Shown: piece by piece, positions 1 to 22,275 of the stretch
Numbering within the stretch: the stretch's first letter is position 1
Layout of the letters: each line of letters begins with the position of its first letter
DNA from: Octopus sinensis
Taxonomy: Eukaryota
DNA length: 45,112 nt
Reading direction: 5' to 3'
NCBI RefSeq assembly: GCF_006345805.1
Contig: NW_021834437.1
Location: 1-45,112 of the forward strand
Made by a program: the position numbers and the translations under genes
Notes under the pieces: generated by a model
Databases searched by the model: none
What the model was told of the DNA's origin: nothing
Seen by the model: the letters and a program-made list of their open reading frames with translations, nothing else

Positions 1-11365
<11,365 letters not shown>

Positions 11366-11574
11366 CATATTCTCTTTTATCATTAATCGCATTTATTTGT
11401 TTTTGAATATTATTATTAGGGTAAAGTTAATGATTTTAATTCATTTCATAAGCTAAAACCCTTCTATTTGTCTCATTATAACAGAATATTTTAAATTCTT
11501 TTATTTTTGATAAAGATCCAGTTTTTGAACAGGTCAATGTGATTATTCCTTCTATTATTAAACGTTTATTCATT

Positions 11575-11651
11575 TTCTCTCCCTTTGCAGACCTCCAAGA
11601 AGGTGCAGTCTACCGCCTATTAGAAAAGTGTTGGATCGGCGAGCATGAAAG
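11575..11651 (-). mobile_element. Short remnant of the 3' coding end of the Dong/R4-like family B
   Basis: GAAGGTGCAGTC...TGGATCGGCGAGCAT matches 20630-20710 of the larger copy. Confidence 0.6.
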
Positions 11652-11884
11652 CTTTCAATAATGATTAATGTGACCATTTTTTGTCAACCAAAAAACTTTT
11701 AAAGCTTTTTAAGTTTTTGATTTTTTCTTTCTTTTCATACTATTGTATATTTTTTTAGTTTGCATGTATACCGTGAGTCGAACAAAGAACAATTTTGCAA
11801 GTTTTTCTTTTATCGAAAAAGTCTATTAATCAAGAAATTTACGTAATTTTATAGAATTTTAATTTGAAAAACATTTGTTAACTT

Positions 11885-12192
11885 GCTTCACATTTAACTT
11901 CGAGTGCTCTGGAGGCTAAATCTGCTGCTAAGAAGGCTGAAGATTTATTCTCCCTGTCGAAGGAGTTTTTCGTGGTGCCGATAGCGGTGGAGACGTCGGG
12001 TGCTCTTGGTCCAAAGACGGAAAAGTTCCTTAGCAAGCTCGGAGCCAAAATCTCAATGGGCACTCACGATCCTCGGGAGGTCTACTGGCTATTGCAGCGG
12101 TTCTCGATCGCTATTATCCGGGGAAACAGTTTGGCAATCCGCCAGGCTGTATATCGTAAACATAATAATGAATATTTTTGATTAATTAAATT
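11885..12192 (+). mobile_element. 5'-truncated CRE-clade non-LTR retrotransposon (C-terminal part of the restriction-like endonuclease)
   Basis: Translation ASHL..SAAKKAE..VPIAVETSGALG..LG..DPREVYWLLQRFSIAIIRGNS is typical of the CRE RLE C-terminus. It is flanked by a 12-bp direct repeat ATTTGTTAACTT at 11873-11884 and 12193-12204 (TSD). Confidence 0.85.
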
Positions 12193-12318
12193 ATTTGTTA
12201 ACTTTGAAAATACAATAATTTTTCTATTAATCTGTAAAATTGTTAATTTATTGTTGAATTAATTTATTTATCAACTTTTTATAAAATAGGTTTATGTTTA
12301 CTCAAAACACTACAAAAT

Positions 12319-13089
12319 ATGCTTGTTGATGTTACAGAATATTTACTTCCACTTGGAATCTTTATTGTATCCTTATTTTTCTATCTAATTCCTTTCGTCA
12401 CTAAAATAATTCATTCAAAATCAAAATTTTGTTCAAATTTATCTAATGAGTGCTTTGTAGATGGAATTTTATGCACATTAACACTAACTATATTCATTCC
12501 GGCTTCTAATATGTCATATAAAAACGCATTGAACTGCTTTTCATTTAAAGATAAATTTTCTTTGGATGCTTCAGTATTCATTGTGCTCATATTTTTTATT
12601 ATTCTTCTTATTGAATCCATATTTTTGAAAAGCCGTAAGAAAAATAATGGAAATTCAAACGACTTTTTTGTCTCCTTTTTAGCTATCACTATCCACTCTT
12701 TCTTTGATGGAATTACTATGGGCCTTCAAAAACATACTGAAAATTTGATTCCTGTTTTTTTCGGTATCATTTTTCACCGAATTTTTGTTTCAATGGCAAC
12801 CGGAGCCAGAGCATCTGCTAATTGTTTTACCATTAAAATCCAGGCAATTTTGGCTTTAATTTTTTCTACTTCTTTTTTGGCGGGAGTTATGTTGGGATTT
12901 TGTAATTTTCAGAGACAGTATGTATGCTACGGAAGAATTTTTGAAACTGTTGTTAATTCCTTAGGTTCTGGTTTTCTTTTATACGCCATCTTTGTACAGA
13001 AAATGGGACAATATGCTGGAACTCCAAAATATTGCTTTTGGGCTTTCATGGGAGCCTTGTCAATGATTTTTATTCAATGCTTATTTTAA
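12319..13089 (+). CDS. ZIP (SLC39/ZRT-IRT-like) metal transporter, intronless and divergent, 256 aa
   Basis: Multiple hydrophobic helices; TM4 HSFFDGITMGL, TM5 GIIFHRIFVSMATG and a TM7-like NSLGSGFLLY match ZIP family signatures. Confidence 0.85.
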   Translation: MLVDVTEYLLPLGIFIVSLFFYLIPFVTKIIHSKSKFCSNLSNECFVDGILCTLTLTIFIPASNMSYKNALNCFSFKDKFSLDASVFIVLIFFIILLIESIFLKSRKKNNGNSNDFFVSFLAITIHSFFDGITMGLQKHTENLIPVFFGIIFHRIFVSMATGARASANCFTIKIQAILALIFSTSFLAGVMLGFCNFQRQYVCYGRIFETVVNSLGSGFLLYAIFVQKMGQYAGTPKYCFWAFMGALSMIFIQCLF

Positions 13090-13765
13090 TTTTTTAATTG
13101 GTATACAACCTATATTTAGTATATATTGAGTACATTAGAAAGTAACATCTGTCATATAATTAAATTTCCTGTCTATTACAATAATAAGGGTCTGCATCAC
13201 TTAAATAATATTAATACAGACAAATACTTATAATTTATGAAAGTAACTCCTTAGAAGATCTGGTCGAGACTATGTTTTGGTATTATTTATTTAGAAATTA
13301 GTTATAGTTTGTAGATATATCAAGATCATAGTGACCTTGAAATTATTTTCGTTAGAAATTATTTTTGGCAAGGTCTGCGATGTTGAATAATAAATATCTT
13401 TTTAAAGATTAATTTTGAAAATATTGATTAATAAATTTGTGACTAGACAATCTTATAATCTATAAGCTCGAACTTTTGAAATCTGTATATTAAAAACAAT
13501 TGATTCTGTATATCTTAGGTTTCTTTAATTGAATATGATCTAAAATATCATGTTTAGAAAATTAATTTTATATTTCATTAATCATATTAAATTGATTTCT
13601 ATAATTCATTCACTTTTGATCTGGTGTAAATTTAATGTCAAAAAGACATAAAATTGGAACTAATTAAGACACGCAGGAGAACGGATTGACAGATAATTGC
13701 TCCGGGGAATGGAAAAAAGAATCTTTTCAAAAAGCCAGCTCGTCTCGTTGCGGTTAAATGTTCTA

Positions 13766-14617
13766 TACCTTTCCAAGTTCAATATGGGAATTTCCAAATT
13801 CAATATGGGATTTTCAAGTTCAAGGATTTTCAAGTCGGTTATTGAATTCATTTATTAATTTAAAATCGCCTTACATTATAAAATGTACGTTAATAAAAAG
13901 AAAGAATTAGCTGAAAAAAGAAAAAATTTGTTGACTGTTTACAAAAATGATGGGGATTGGAATCAAGTTGCATGTTCTCTCGGAATAAAAAAAACAACTG
14001 CATACAGGTGGATAAAAGAAGGCTTTAAGGATGATTCAAGAGGTGGTTTTCGATATTCAAAAATTTCAAATACCGTACTTGAAGAAAATGAATTCACAGA
14101 AAACAAAATACTTCGACTTGCACCTTACAGTCCAATGTTAAATCCAATCGAACAAATATGGTCTAAAATGAAAGCTTTTGTAAAAAGAAAAATGGCTGAA
14201 AATCTTGGGAATATCTTAGATAGAAATGAACCTGACTTGTCAAAAACAGAATTTCGGAAACAGAGATTCGAGGATTTAATTAAACAATCTATGGACGAAG
14301 TTACTCCAAAGATTTGTGCTAAGTTAATAGCCAGAATCCAAGGACTATTGCCTTCTTTATTAAATTACAAGGACGTAACATTTTAATTTTTCCGTTTGAT
14401 ATAAATGAGTCATGATTTTTTTTCAAATATTTTAAAATTAACTTGGAAATCCCATATTGAATTTGGAAAATCCCACTTTGAACATGGAAATCCCATATTG
14501 AATTTGGAAAATCCCACTTTGAACATGGAAATCCCATATTGAATTTGGAAAATCCCACTTTGAACTTGGAAATCTCATATTGAATTTGGAAATTCCCATA
14601 TTGAACTTGGAAAGGTA
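13766..14617 (+). mobile_element. Internally deleted Tc1/IS630-like DNA transposon with ~58-bp TIRs and TA target duplication
   Basis: TIR TACCTTTCCAAGTTCAATATGGG... at 13766-13823 is inverted at the right end with 2 mismatches; TA at 13764-65 and 14618-19. ORF 13883-14386 fuses an HTH (VACSLGIKKTTAYRWI) in frame to LRLAPYSPMLNPIEQIWSKMK (last DDE glutamate); the first two catalytic aspartates are absent. Confidence 0.9.
14440..14617. repeat. Subterminal tandem repeats of the Tc1/IS630-like element (alternating 20/21-bp units, 8 units plus terminal partial)
   Basis: AAC(A/T)TGGAAATCCCATATTG alternates with AATTTGGAAAATCCCACTTTG; about 3 inverted units occur at the left end. Confidence 0.9.
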
Positions 14618-15149
14618 TAGAGCAGATAGTGTTAATTAATATCTTAGACATTATAAGGCGTTTTAGTCATTTCAGAGTATCATGATTGGATATAAAAATA
14701 ATTAAATATCACTTGACAATTTAAGATATCTTTTAATATGAAGTAGGCCAAGTTATATTTACCATACTTGGCCATCTTATTAGACAGGAAAAAAATAGTG
14801 TACGTCATGTTTATGAAAATCACAGTTTTTACATTTCAAAGATCCATTCTAAATCACGTTTAAAGAATTAAGTTGGTAGCACATAGGGGACGCCACATGA
14901 TAATTGAGGTTCATAAACAGATAAAATTCGCAGGCTTAAGTTTTGTAACTTTACAGTTGTGATTTACAAAAATTACTATATTTAAAAGAAATGTTAGAGG
15001 ATTGACTTACAGTTGTCCTGGTAATCCTTTGGAACGGTCAGTTCATCTTGCAACGGACAAAAGTTTAGGAAGAGATAAAGACTCAGAGAGGAAAGCATAT
15101 TTTTTGAAGCCAGAAGTTTATTTAAAATAAATAAAATGTTTACTATCAA

Positions 15150-15365
15150 GGAAATGAATAATTAAAAAACTAACAATTAAAAAATTGAACATTAATACAA
15201 TCATTTATTAGCATGATAATTGAAAGTATTTTAGGGAATGAATAATTAAAAAGTAACTACATTTAGAAATAAAACCTCAGAGCTAAATTTAGACATTCAT
15301 GTAACATCATTAAGTATTTTCATCATACAGAAAATAGTTTTATCGATTATCTTATGATCAAAAAA
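15150..15365 (+). repeat. Degenerate dispersed relic of the 135/118-bp tandem repeat
   Basis: TAGGGAATGAATAATTAAAAAGTAAC..TTTAGAAATAAAACCTCAGAGCTAAATTTAGACATTCATGTAACATCATTAAG aligns by eye to the array unit at 25332-26550. Confidence 0.75.
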
Positions 15366-15649
15366 GAGATTATAAATTATCTTATTGATAACTCTTCTCT
15401 GAGTTTAAGTCGTGTTTGAAAAATTTTTTCGTCGCGTTTCAACAAATCAATTTCTAGACGTGCAACTAACGATCTTAAATTGAACAAACACAAGATTCTT
15501 GGAATTAATCCGATTTATGGGAGAAGTTTGATCAAGGAATCATTAGATCATTCGAATCGCATTTTAACAAATTTAAATTTAAACATATAATTGAAAAAAT
15601 AAATAACAAGAGCAAATATTGAATGCTATAACAAATTAACGCTGAAAGA

Positions 15650-15950
15650 TGGAGTCTTATTTTCTTATCTTGCCTGGAAAAATGTGTTGGTGGATACAAT
15701 ATCAAAATGTTTTCAGCATGCCAAATAAGAAAAAACATTGAAAAACCTATTAAAGGAGACCACAAAATAAAAAATTTTGAACAAATTATATATAAATTAA
15801 TGATCTCAGAATTTCTACAAAACAATAACGATGAAAATGAAAATTTAGACAGTTCAATTATTGAAGATTATGAAGGAAACAAATTTATTACACATCGAGA
15901 CGCGATAAAAAGTGTTTTGGACCTCAAACAATATTTTTTCACGAAATATT
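15650..15950 (+). mobile_element. Decayed Tigger/pogo transposase C-terminal remnant
   Basis: LAWKNVLVDTISKCFQHA and THRDAIKSVLDLKQYF resemble Tigger C-terminal motifs; frameshifted. Confidence 0.5.
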
Positions 15951-16099
15951 CAATTACTTGCAACTGTCAGACTTGATCTCTTTCCAGACATATTGCGATA
16001 CTTCTCCCAGGACAACCTATTTTTAGGGTTTGCTACTTTTTTGGGCATTTATGCGAGGGAAATTGTACCAAATACCTCCTCCATCGAACAATCTTTGTC

Positions 16100-16450
16100 C
16101 AGTTGTTCTGTGGAGTCGATCTTTTCCAAAAAAACCAACGCTGTACATACCTCTTACTATTTCAGGAACTCAATCGAGTTGGTGAACCAGCCACATACGA
16201 ATCGATATGACCAAGAAAGACTCTATCCGTAACACAAAATATGTAGTTTCTGAAATTGGTGCAGGAGTCATGTCGTTGCTCTATAAAGCATGTTGTGTAT
16301 GAAGCTGGATTTATTTCCGTTTATTAGCCATCCTGCCAATCTGGCGACGACAACATTTAAAAAAAAAACTTCAACTCGCAAAAAATCTGGAACACAAAGT
16401 GGTCACCAGTTGCTTAAAAAAGATACAAATAACAGAACATGGACTCTCTT
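16100..16450 (+). mobile_element. Possible highly decayed LINE RT-thumb remnant
   Basis: Frameshifted PLTISGT/QIELVN and MSLLYKA..W motifs; weak support. Confidence 0.3.
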
Positions 16451-16954
16451 AGATGGCAGATTACACGCTTGTTATTCTTCCAAAGATCTGTCGTCACTAC
16501 GAGATTTGTAATCAACCGAAATTTAGACAAAAACGTATCCAGGGTGTGTCAGTCTCGAAAAAGATTGCGTTGCTTCAAATTAAAGAGGGAACAAGGCACA
16601 AAGATGTAATATGTACGCGGAAAGAACAGGGGGCATTAAACGCCTATGTGAAATGATACTAAATCTACCACTAGGAAAATTTGATTACCTAATGATTTTG
16701 CGTTACTGCAATGAAAAAAATTAACAAAACTTCGTAACATCAATATATCGCATTAAACCTAATTCAATTATGCTAAAGAATGTAGCTAAATATACAAAAT
16801 ACAAGTAATGTAAATTTTTCTATAGTTTTGTAAGATAGATGTCATTAATAAGTATGATATTTAAATTTATAGTAATTATTACTGCGCATAAAAATAAACA
16901 ACCATGTTTTTAATTGTTAGAATAATTCTTGCCCACCGAAAATCATGTTGTAGT

Positions 16955-17021
16955 GTCGCTTCTCGGCCTTTTGGCTAAGATCAAAGTGTAGTATCTGTTC
17001 TTTCCAGCTTTATATCTGGGT
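16955..17021 (+). ncRNA. RNU2: U2 snRNA 5' portion only (stem I, branch-point recognition sequence, stem IIa)
   Basis: GTCGCTTCTCGGCCTTTTGGCTAAGATCAAAGTGTAGTATCTGTTCTT is near-identical to the metazoan U2 5' end. It is followed by stem IIa with compensatory pairing, TCCAG-CTTTATAT-CTGGG. No canonical Sm site or IIc-pairing segment follows. Confidence 0.92.
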
Positions 17022-17029
17022 GGTTAGCA

Positions 17030-17500
17030 AATCTCTAGGTTATTGCTGAACGGGTCAGTAATTGCTGCAGTTGACCGGATTATTTATTTAGGCGTGCTCT
17101 TAAAGCCGTCCGGTAAGTTGGATCATCACATTGCACGTACAAAAATGCGTGCAATGCAGCGACTAGGCGCGTTGCGTGCTTTCCGCCTGCGGAGAGGTCC
17201 CTGGCTACGCGTGTTTAACGCCATGGTGTTACCCGTGTTGACCTATAGCGTTCATGCCTGGCACTTCTGCGAGGACAGGGAGAAGAACGTTGACACGCTC
17301 AAGAAAGTCAGAAGCCCATCGTTTAGGATTGGCGAGAGGAGCTCTCGTACGCCTAGGAATTATCTTTCAAAAGCTTCCCTGAGATCCTAGAGACTAAGAT
17401 AATGACTGAATGGTAGGTAAGGTGGCAAGTCTTAACTTGTGGCTAGAAAAGCCAGCTCGCCTCGCTAAGCGCCAGAAACGAGTACGTATTTCGACCTCTT
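17030..17500 (+). mobile_element. 5'-truncated LINE fragment (RT C-terminal/thumb region; RTE/L2/I-group-like) fused to the U2 fragment
   Basis: ORF 17043-17390: LNGSVIAAVDRIIYLGVLL..HHI..KMRAMQRLGALR..LRVFNAMVLPVLTYSVHAW matches the non-LTR RT YLG/thumb consensus. Confidence 0.8.
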
Positions 17501-17504
17501 CCTC

Positions 17505-17965
17505 TCCTCCGGAAGCGTATCCTGGAGAACATGCTATCCAAGGCAAGAGCGTCTCGGAAAAAAAATCCACACAGGTCACGTTCCAAACGAATGACCTACC
17601 TCCCATGAAAAAGAACGTAGTCATCCGTCAGGACGTTTCCCGTCGTTCCGAAGGAGTCCAACATATTCCAGTGTATACAGGAATCCAGCGGAATCCAAAG
17701 CCCTCTTCATGACATTATTGAGAAGTGCATGTCGCGGGCAACGGTCACCACTCTTCTTGCATGACAACGCGTGTAACCCGCTTTTTGAGATTATCGATCC
17801 ACACCGACAACGGTGGGGTTGGCATATATCCAACCCCAGTCGTAAACACACGCCGATACGAACGGCTTCGTTTTCCAGGAGCAGACCATTAGACGCCAGT
17901 GGGAGAGCATTTTACGTTCCACTAAATGAGAACATCTGATGGCATCCCAACTCTTCTGTACAGAA
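17505..17965 (-). mobile_element. CRE-clade retrotransposon fragment (zinc knuckle plus RLE), frameshifted
   Basis: NALPLASNGLLLENEAVRIGVCLRLG..PHRCRCG..GLHALSC..RH..LN..EYVGLLRNDGKRPDG..VWNVTCVD. Confidence 0.85.
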
Positions 17966-17989
17966 GAAATCTCGGGGAGGTCAAGTCCG

Positions 17990-18730
17990 AGCATCCTGGA
18001 CAACCCGCACATTGACGTATCGTCGCCATCAACGTGGCTGAAATATAAGAATAACTCTCCAATCAGGAAGGTTATTTTCATATTTGCAAAATAGAAACTT
18101 TTAATGGTCAAAGGAAACAATGTAACCACTGTAAAAGTAAGGCAATGACCGTTAACCATTTATCCACAAAGTATAGGAGTATGCTTTACCATGATTACAC
18201 ATGGAGGCATAACGAAATGGTGAGGTCTCTCCATTCTCTGCTCTGCAATAAGTATGGCTTGAGGCGGTCCAGAAAGTTGCGAACTTATCAAGTTTAATCG
18301 GTTTATGAGAACTCGAAGGTTTACTTCAAGATGGATACTCTTATACGCACCTTGAGTTTTGTCCAGCACAACAAACCCCATATTGTGTCCCAGGACAAAA
18401 ACATCGGAAGGATTGTTATCGTAGACGTGTGCATCACGTGCCTAGCCCGTTTGCAGACACTAAAAGTGAAGAAAAAGAGAAAGTATAACCTCCTTGCAAA
18501 CGAGCTATGGCTGATGCACCGTAGCAAAATCCATATTATTCTGTGTGATGACATGGGATGAACGGGTCACCAAATACCATAAGCGGTACTTAAGACAGAT
18601 GGGTGTAGATAAGGTTTATATGCAGTCAACTGTTCTTAAGAGGACTCTGCAGAGTGTCTCGTTTGATGCTCGCCGATCCAGCCCTTTCCTGATACTGGAA
18701 TTAGTTAAAAAATTACTTAGTTAATTAGTT
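17990..18730 (+). mobile_element. Degenerate Dong/R4-like family B fragment including the 3' terminus
   Basis: High nucleotide similarity to the reverse complement of 20690-21390 (LDNPHIDVSS..KYNLLANELWLM); shares the terminal CTGGA.TTAGTTA..AAAATTACTTAGTTAATTAGTT. Confidence 0.9.
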
Positions 18731-18849
18731 CCTTAAATTAATTTGGAGTAGCTGCCATTTTAAGCTATTATTACGTCTCTTTAAATTGCATTTTGATTTT
18801 ACCTTGCCTGGAATTTCAATGTGAATATGCTTAAAAGTTTAAGAATGTT

Positions 18850-20230
18850 AGTATTAGAATTTATTCAAAAGTTATTCTAAGTTTTGTTGGAAAATGTCTT
18901 CATAATCACGTTAGCTCAATGATCCTCGTCTCCTGGAATTTTTTTCCTCTTGGGAGAGCTTTCCACCAACGCACCATCAGCACTTTCATTCTCCGAACAC
19001 AAGATTTTCCCGTTTGCTTCATCCGAGGGGTCCTCGCAAGATTGATTTGCCACTTCAGCCAACTGACTGGTTGCCGTAATGAATTCCTCTTGAGACGTAT
19101 GGATTCCATGCCTATGTTCCACCACAATTGCCTCCAATGTCTTCTTCATGACAAGTCCCTGAATGTACGTTCTTGTCGGGCCTTCAACGGATAACTTCTC
19201 CATATAGGCTTTGTAACACGTTGAAACCACCCCGTCCCACGTCAGCACAATCGGAATAATTCGGACTGGTGCCCCTTAAAGCATCTTTAGTTCTCCAGCC
19301 AGCAAATCGTACTTATGCAGTTTCTCAACTTTGGTTTGTTTGAGTCTCTCCTGCGATGTAATCCCCACCTCAATTATGGTGATCTCATTCTTCAATCTGT
19401 CATAGATAAAGATATCTGGCTTATTGAACTGAACTTGCGTATCAGTCAATATTGGCGTATCTACTCTTATCTCAACATTTCGAGTCGATAAACTAGATTG
19501 TACTGAGTGAGACTTTAGTTTCCCAGTTTTCTTTATTCCAAACTGTCTGCATACGTGCAAATGGATGCATCTCACAACCTCATTGTGCCTTCTCACATAG
19601 TCACTGTTTAGCATTCTGTTGCACCGTGTAGCCTTGTGGTCTACTGTCTTCTTAGCTTTTTTGCAATGATCACACAGCGCACCACGCGCAGAAGAAAAAA
19701 ACAAATTTCTATCTTGCAAGAGGCAATACAAAGCTTCACTTCTTGGTGTATTGTTCCCTTTGTACAGCCACTCGCTAGACATTTTGAGGTCGGAGTTAGA
19801 GTCTTCTTTAAACCTGAACAGGACTGAATGGAGTAACTTGTTCTTTATTTTGTTGGACAAATATTGTACATGAGCCTCTCTCAGGGATTTGTCAGTGATA
19901 GATTGTTTATCAGTCAATCCGTATTTAGAGGAAAGAAATCCTGCGATTGTCGCCATATGCGGTTTTTCTTTTTTAATAACCCGCAGGATCCCCGACCTCC
20001 TGAGACAGATAGCCGACTTCTTCTCAAAGGTTTCCAGAAAATGAAGCAGCATTAGTTCACTTTTAAAAGCAATTGATGTCAACCCCCTTCCCATGCACTT
20101 TCTTGAGAGGTATAGCCGCTCTTTATTGGCTGGCTTCAGGTGTATTTTCAGTGTTGTAAGTAATCTTCGTATTTGGAGATCAATATCGTCAAATTCGAAA
20201 GGTTCAGTATTGATTAGCCCAATGTAGTAA
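18850..20230 (-). mobile_element. Dong/R4-like RLE retrotransposon family A, 3' half
   Basis: YYIGLINTEP..ANKERLYL..GRGL, CCHC knuckle CDHC..DH..RC, RHNEV, KPD..IIEVG..EK..KYDLL; premature TAA at 19276-78; continues IIPIVLTWDGVV to a stop at 18916. The end of the 3' UTR is approximate. Confidence 0.92.
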
Positions 20231-20502
20231 ATTACTACATTCGTAACAAAACTCTTTGTTGTGCAAATAAATCTGTTAACCAATGTCCGGTTATACAAAG
20301 AAAAGGTTTATTTGCTGTGGTAGCCGTCCAAATATCAATTGTCAGGGACAAAAATTGATAGAATCGATATCATTTGTAATCGTTGCTTTAACATTTTTGA
20401 AAATTTCAGGAATAATATTTTCCGAAAAATATTTTCTGGAGGGAATACAATAATTTGGAATAATATGATTTAGTAATCGAATGAAACCAATATCACCAAC
20501 AA

Positions 20503-22275
20503 TTCAATTATTATTAAAAAAGAAACTAATTAACTAAGTAATTTTGCTAACTAAGTCCAGAGCCTTCAAAGTGAGCAGAAGGTGGCACTCCACGCACCTC
20601 CTCCCCTTCTTCCTCCTCTTCTCTGGCACTGTAGACCTTCGAGAAGGTGCAGTCCAGCGCCTCTTGCTGACTAAACGTCAGGAAAGGGCTGGATCGGCGA
20701 GCATCAAACGAGACACTTTCCAGAGTCCTCTTAAGAACAGTTGACTGTATATAAGCCTGTAGAGACTTATCTACATCCAACTGTCTTAAGTACCGCTTGT
20801 GGTATTTGGTGACCAGTCCATCCCATGTCATCACACACGGGATGACATGGACTTTGCACTGGTGCATCAGTCCTAGCTCGTTTGCAAGGAGGTCATACTT
20901 CCTCCTTTTCTCCACTTCCACTATCTGCAAACGGTCTAGGCACGTGATGCCCACCTCCACGATAACAATCTCCCTGTCCTTATCGTGGACCACAATGTCG
21001 GGTCTGTTGTGCTGGACAACAATCGAGGTGCGTATGGGGGTATCCACCTTAATGCACACCCGCGAGTTCTCACACACCGATTGAACTCGATGGGTTCGCA
21101 ACTTTCTGGACCGCCTCAAGCCATACTTATTGCAGAGCAGAAGATGGAGGGACCTCACCACCTCGTTATGCCTCCATGTGTAATCATGGTAAAGCATACT
21201 CCCGCACTTCGTGGCTAAATGGTCAACGGTCATTGCCTTACTCTTACAGTGGTTACACTGTTTCCGTTGACCATTAAAAAAGTTTCTATCCTGCAAATAT
21301 GAGAACAACCCTTCTGATCGGGGAGAGTTATTCCCATATTTCAGCCACGTAGATGACGACGATACGTCAATGTGCGGGTTGTCCAGGCTGCTAAAGAGAG
21401 TCTTGTGAAGGACTTTTAAGTTGATCTTTTTAATTAAAGACTCCTTTTGAAGTTTAATCAACTCCTTCACATTAACTTGGGTAGCACCTAGACCATACTT
21501 AGCCGACACATAGCCTTTTATGGTCCCTAGGTGTGTACCACGCGCTTTTTCAGCAGCAAGGATGGCAGCCTTCCTTTGGGATATACTCGACCCACTCCAC
21601 AAGGTGTCGTGCATCTTAGTAAGAATTCGCTCACTTAAGTGTACGATGTTACTCAGTCCACGTCCTAGCTGCCCGCGAGACAAGTACAATCTCTCCTTAT
21701 TGCTTGCCAACACGTGGACATGATTCTCTCGGAGTACTCTTCGGACAATAAGGTCCATTTCATCGTACTCACTCGGCTCGAATTCGATCAGGCCAACGTA
21801 GTAGTTTAGCAATGAGATGGCGTACTCGTTCAAGGCATAAGTTCCGTGCATTAAGCCGAGTCTTACATAACATTGCCGCCCTACTACGCACACCCTCCAC
21901 TACACACTTTCTCGTTTCGGGTGTGATTAATGAGGCTGGACTCTCAACCACACCAAGATACTTATATCCTTGGTGTTCCTCCAAGACTTTGACTAGGTCA
22001 CCGCACACAGGGGTGTTAGTCGCCGACTTGTCGTAGTTGAGCTCCAACCCCACGGCCTTCATGAAACCTTTCAGGACTTTGCCCATCAAGTGGAGGATCT
22101 CTGAAGACCGAGCGAACAGCTTAATGTCGTCTATGAACATGAGATGGTTGGTGCTAAAACACCCTCCTTCATGTTCGATCGACATTTGTTCGAATTGGGC
22201 AGTGAGGACTCTACTCCGGTTCTAGGCAGAGGACGAACAGCAGCGGAGACATGCTGTCGCCCTGTAATATGCCCC
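20503..22275 (-). mobile_element. 5'-truncated Dong/R4-like RLE retrotransposon family B with 17-bp TSD
   Basis: Direct repeat ACCAATATCACCAACAA at 20486-20502 and 22276-22292. GILQGDSMSPLLF, FIDD, YKYLG, CNHC..H..C, RPD..VEVG..KYDLLANELGLM; two small frameshifting deletions; TAATAATAA-containing tail. Confidence 0.95.

Noticed and set aside
13730-13750. AAAAGCCAGCTCG.CTCG shared with 17447-17466
   Set aside because: About 20 bp with mismatches and no extension; could be chance or a tiny LINE relic.
16990-17005. Utopia/Keno-type insertion at the known U2 target (~nt 38)
   Set aside because: U2 similarity continues past that site through stem IIa, and the adjacent protein is neither NeSL/RLE-type nor clearly Tx1-type.
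16955-17160. A complete divergent U2 gene (possible stem IIb at 17023-17051, U-rich tract at ~17079, CATTGCACGTAC resembling the loop IV motif at 17129)
   Set aside because: There is no canonical Sm site or IIc-pairing segment, the ATTGCAC lies in a stem rather than a loop, and the same bases translate into a strong RT-thumb consensus. An Infernal run would settle it.
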